From Takakia lepidozioides (lineage: Eukaryota > Plantae > Bryophyta), in NCBI GenBank assembly GCA_030704615.1, contig CM060731.1, positions 82,026,001 through 82,090,000 of the forward strand: DNA of 64,000 nucleotides, read 5' to 3'. The notes beneath the pieces were generated by a model, which was given only the letters and a program-made list of their open reading frames with translations, was not told the DNA's origin and searched no databases. Positions 59,337-64,000 of this stretch are shown one piece after another (within the stretch, counting starts at the first letter, position 1; each line of letters starts with the position of its first letter). A program made the position numbers and the translations under genes.

Positions 59337-61546
59337 CTGTACAGCTCAATCATGCCAAAGTCAATTTACCTCAAGATTTCCGAATCACAAACTTCTTCTG
59401 TGGCAAAAAGTTCTCTATTGAGACATATGTTGCCTCTCTGACAGCACACCTCTTGTGGTCATTTGTGGACATGTTGGACAGGACCCACAGCTGCATAGCA
59501 CTGTTTGGTAAGGAAGAATTACAACACACATCCCTGACCAAGTTGTGGGCCATCGCTATGATGACAACAAACAACACATAGACTACAAGCAATGGTAGAT
59601 TATGCTCTGGAATAGACAAAGAATGATAGAATTGGTCTGCATGCAGGGGGCTGCATGCAGAATCATACGACCATTGATGCAATTGCCCTTGAAATTGATA
59701 ACAGGTCAAAGTGAGACCAGGGTCGATTGCAACATTTGGAACCCTGCAGCAACCCATGACACCACAAACGACCTGAAGCTGCTGTAGAAGGAAGGAAAAT
59801 ATTGGGGCTACTGTTGAAACCCCCTGCCCCAGATATACAAGTTTCATGTCCCTGCAAAGAGAAGAAAGAGTTACAAACACTAGCCGAATCACTTTTGTGC
59901 AAACATGTCTTGCCTGGAAGTTTGCAACTTACCAGTCAGAGCAGCACTGTGGTCTCCATTTGCAGAAATGGTCACTATTCTCTGCAAGTCCAATGCTGAG
60001 ATGGGCTGAGGGCGAGAAACTCGCCCAACCCCCTTGGTCCCGCTATCAGCAAATTTTTGTGGATGTATCAATTGGCCACTGTTGACTATTTGAACAGAAG
60101 CTCATTTGATTTACTGGGAGCTTCCTCGAGAACGTCCGATTTAAAACGGAACAGTGGCAATCGCTTGTCGGTAGGATAATTCCACTCGTAGTTTAGTTGT
60201 GTAGTTTGCTAAACAACAAACAACCCGACTGTAGCAGACTCACTTTGGACAGAGTCTCACCTAGGACAAGGGCAAGAGTGTGGCGCATGCCACAGGCAGC
60301 CATGGAAACCCTGGCAAAGCCACATGCTCAACTAGACAGGGCCGTAGGCGCACTCCAAAGTCATCAAGCCCAAGCTGCCCAAATTTCCCATCCCCACATG
60401 TACAAAGCACTCCACTCTCTACAAGGCACAAGACGTTCAATGTTGAAAGATCCTCCCTGGCTGTGTTCTGTAGTATCCTGGTGTCTGTCAGTCTCTGCCT
60501 TGCTCCTGTGCCACCCTCTCTCTTTCTGTTTGGAAATGAAGATGTGTGCTGTACAAAGATCTACAGGCACATTATAGATAGCTACAAAAGCTCAATACAT
60601 TTGCACTAAGCAAGGTATCAAACCTCATGATGCGAAATCACACGGCACAAGCACAGCTGCAGCAAAATAGAATAGCTTGCCTCACAAGTTGAATCATAGC
60701 CCCGCAGATCTTCCAAGATTTATCGAAATGGATGTCAATCAACATTCCCTGTGCAACAAACAGGAACTTGCCCAGCGCTGTGTTACATACACCAAAAATA
60801 GCAAGTTTGCTGACTTTGATAGAAAACATTTAAGTCTGTGGTCCTATCGTAAGCAATCACACCTCATGGGAAACTCTCTGTTGGTTGTCACCAGACACAC
60901 AATCTACGGCCACACCAAGAAAGTCACTTGCCGCCTGACTTCGGCCTCAAGTAGAAGCTCCCTCTCCAGTAAGCCCCTCACAGTAGGCCCCACCGGAGTT
61001 TCAGGACGGGAAGCAAAGTCAGAAACGTCGGGCCCACTCACGAGATCTGGAGGAAATACCTAAGCAGGTGGCAAATAAGCAGTTGGCAGGTGTTAGAAAA
61101 CATCCATCCATCCATCCAAGGGTCATCATCCCCTGTGGATCCGACAGGGTCTGGCTAGTGAAGACATTCAGTGATCCCCCTGGACGGTGTGTGCCAGCCA
61201 CCTATGTGGCAGAAAGCACTACAATAGCGCGCATGGTCCAAGCAACTGAGACAAACCTTGTCGGTGAGATTAGAGAGCACACTTCTTTAGTTCTTGATGC
61301 AGCTTCTTTAGTTCTTGATCAGCTTTGTAAGGGGAGAAGCATTGGAACTGAGTTACGAACTGTGGAAGGGATGTTTGGCGTTTGCGATTCTGATGGGATG
61401 GTAGGTTGCAGCACAGACTGGTGTGGAACACTCTCAGTAAAATAACCCATAATCAGATCCTTCACAATGGTGCAACAACTTGCTTGAGAAGGTGAGGCTA
61501 TCTAGGTATGACAGTGAATTTTCCTCTCCACTGGAAAAAATGAGGC

Positions 61547-62921
61547 ATGGGTGTCACGATGTCTATTGGTGCTACCCCTTTGAGAGAGGTCTCAAATATT
61601 GTGAACATTTCATCAAACCAGATTAACAGCGAGGTGACCTACAGCGATTATTTTTCGAGACTTTGGTTCACCAAAGTTCACAAGGCTGTGCAACTTGATT
61701 ACGATGGCTTACTTCCAGGCATTAGGGCATTAGCAGAGGTTCACAAGTACCTTCAAGTTCCTAAGGATGTGCGTCGTTTGATGAGCAAAGATTTGACAGT
61801 CTGCGAACCATGGCATCAAGACTGTGTAGTGGTGGTTCCATCTCAGGAGATTGCTCGGGTGGTTTGGAAATCGGTACAATGGCTGCCACATTGCTCATGT
61901 AAGCAAATCTTAATTAGGAAGGGCATCGTTGTGGGGAAGAAGAAGTGCCCTCAAACAACCATCTCAGAAGACATGGGTTTGTACTTGCAACGATTTTGGA
62001 GCAGCCTTGGTGTCATGACAGATGGAAATGCAGCACTCTTTCAGAACTTAGTGCAAGATTTCTCTTTTTTGTTGTCACAAGGGAATGAATATCGAGTTGG
62101 TGACTCTGTTATCGTTGAGCCTGACGAGCCTTATGAAGGCCACTCGTGGACATGGAAGGCCCAGATCACCCGGTTTTTCATTCACGAGTTTTATGGTGAC
62201 AGACGAGTTTTTTCCAAGGCCAGTACTACAACATTGCAACATCACCACGTCTGCTGTAGCGCTTAAGCACAGCTGTACTGGTATGGTCATCTTACAACTC
62301 TGTCCACAAAGGTGGCCTGGAAATGATATCAGGCCTTCCCATCTTCTAATGCACAAATTCATTCCAATGCCTTTGGTAGGGCAGAATACTAGGATTCTTG
62401 TTGCATACGAGATGGAGGATATCTCACCACGGGACCATCTATTCCAACAAGGCATGCCCGGTCGCTGCCCTCCTTATCCGGAAATAGGGGATGTTGTGAT
62501 GGTTAGGAATATTAGCACCCCTGAGTCGTTCTCGGTGGCAGTGGTGAGGAGCGTGTCTGAAGCAAGGTTCACAAGTGATTCTCCCGAGGAAGAAGAAACT
62601 ATGAGGAAAGCAATCGCACCAGGGCCACTTGCAAAGCAAGACTACTTCGTCGGGGAGGTGGAATTGTGCATGTTGGAAGCTGTTGGCCGCGTGTCTGGTG
62701 GCCCCCTCAACAGATACAGGGCCTCTGGAATTATGAGCACCAGATCGTGGCATTCTCTTGAGAGAAGGTTGTATGATGCCCAAGTTACACGTCGCCGCCA
62801 TGGGGAACCCATTGAGTGGGCATGGCAGGACGGTGGCTCGCGATGCGATGATGAAGTCTTTGCAATACTTTCAATTCTCAATTCAAAAAATGAAATTGCA
62901 ATACCCAGGGGGTCGCACTGA
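61547..62921 (+). pseudogene. Frameshifted ORF with a BAH-like domain and a second SH3/Tudor-like segment, probably TE-encoded
   Basis: EYRVGDSVIVEPDE...WKAQITRFFIHE...RRVF(fs)QGQYY, followed by PYPEIGDVVMVR...AVVRSV. Frame breaks at ~62210-62240. Confidence 0.5.
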
Positions 62922-63160
62922 ATATGCAATGATTTTGAAAGTCACAAATCAACATTTTGATTGTTTGGTGCTCAAGGAGAGATAGTTAGGACAAGTGTGG
63001 GCTAAGACAGGGCTGTTTGGGGGATTTGTACTCATGCCCTTCTGAAGGCAAATTGCCATTAACTTTTGATTTCGCCTTTCAGCTTTTTGATGGAAGGAGA
63101 TTGAAGAAGGCGCTTCCTTGATGCAAGGATATGCAGACCTTAAGTTTGGTGAGAGCACAG

Positions 63161-63316
63161 GGAAACTTTTACCCAACTGTGTACTTCCATGAGTTCTGGA
63201 TGCTGAGAGACAAGCTGGCCGCCATCAATGAGACACTGCATGAGGTTCACTTGGATCTGGAGCTGGGTCCCATCAGTCTTATGCGCTGGCAGCTATACCC
63301 GCAAGTCTATCATAGT
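63161..63316 (+). pseudogene. CLPTM1: Isolated fragment of a CLPTM1-family membrane protein
   Basis: GNFYPTVYFHEFWMLRDKLAAINETLHEVHLDLELGPISLMRWQLY matches the CLPTM1 luminal motif; no flanking exons seen. Confidence 0.78.
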
Positions 63317-64000
63317 GAGAGCAGACAGCTTTGAGTTATTTGTTTTTGTAGGAGTCGCTTGGCACGTCCTTCCTCTCGGTCTTTGTTTTTTGCCTCTAAT
63401 GGTGGGCAGGTTTGTATGTTTTTGCAGCTTCAATTTTTGGGACTGGAGCTGCAGCTATGACAGGAGCTGCAGCAATGACGTGAGGCTTCTCGGTAGGATT
63501 TTGGTTTAGGAAATGCAGCTATGACATGAGCTGTACCTTGTTCACTATTTTGTTTCTTTTCATATGTACTTTCAGAGCTGCAGCTAGGACATGAGCTGTA
63601 GGAGTGAGTGAGCAAGGCTGTCGATGAAGTTGGAACCAGTAATAAATGCGGGGCTGCAGCTCTTAGCAGGTCAGTCCTGCTTGGCCAGCAATCGTCTGCG
63701 TTTGTTTAGTGGTTTTGTTTGTCCCCTTTCTGTGTTTTGTTCATGTTGCATTGCGAGTCATTGCTGTAGGTGTTAGTCCCCCAGCCAAGCGGGGGTGCAA
63801 ACAAGGATGGGACATTCCCCTGTGGGTCAACGGATCCACTATCGAGATGAGCAACTGCACTACTTCATCTTTTCCTATAGCCCAAGGGGGAGATATCTAC
63901 AGACTGAAGGGCAGCCCAACAGCCCCACACAAACCTGCCTACAGTCTTGTGTGAGAGGGATTTGAACCCAACAAAATCTGCCCACTGGCAGCCCACACAC

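Noticed and set aside
1-64000. tRNA or rRNA genes
   Set aside because: No cloverleaf or rRNA-like sequence recognised by eye.

Overview
Eukaryotic land-plant genomic DNA with spliceosomal GT-AG introns. The gene and TE families suggest a non-seed plant (bryophyte/lycophyte-like); this is inference. Layout from left to right: (1) the 3' part of a TRM/LONGIFOLIA-family gene (<1-4939). (2) A ~32 kb nested transposon island: a decayed CACTA transposase is interrupted by a minus-strand Ty3/Gypsy element, whose surviving 3' LTR is a 2-kb near-palindrome with 10-bp-phased CACAG arrays. The Gypsy's large extra ORF is split by a complete 14.4-kb CACTA element (13890-28270, TSD TGC), which itself holds two LINE fragments in an intron. 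A PIF/Harbinger remnant follows. (3) Two tandem, intact, non-canonical PIN auxin-carrier genes flanking a secreted S-protein-homologue gene and a hAT MITE. (4) A decayed region with host-gene fragments (OPT, ARL1, CLPTM1) and BAH-like and zinc-ribbon ORF remnants. The best candidates for something undescribed are the CACTA TnpA-like gene, which has an FCP1/SCP-type HAD phosphatase domain spliced in frame between two En/Spm domains and is transcribed divergently from the transposase, and the fold-back LTR whose repeat motif recurs upstream of the element's ~1000-aa accessory ORF. All domain calls come from motif recognition by eye; no database searches were run.
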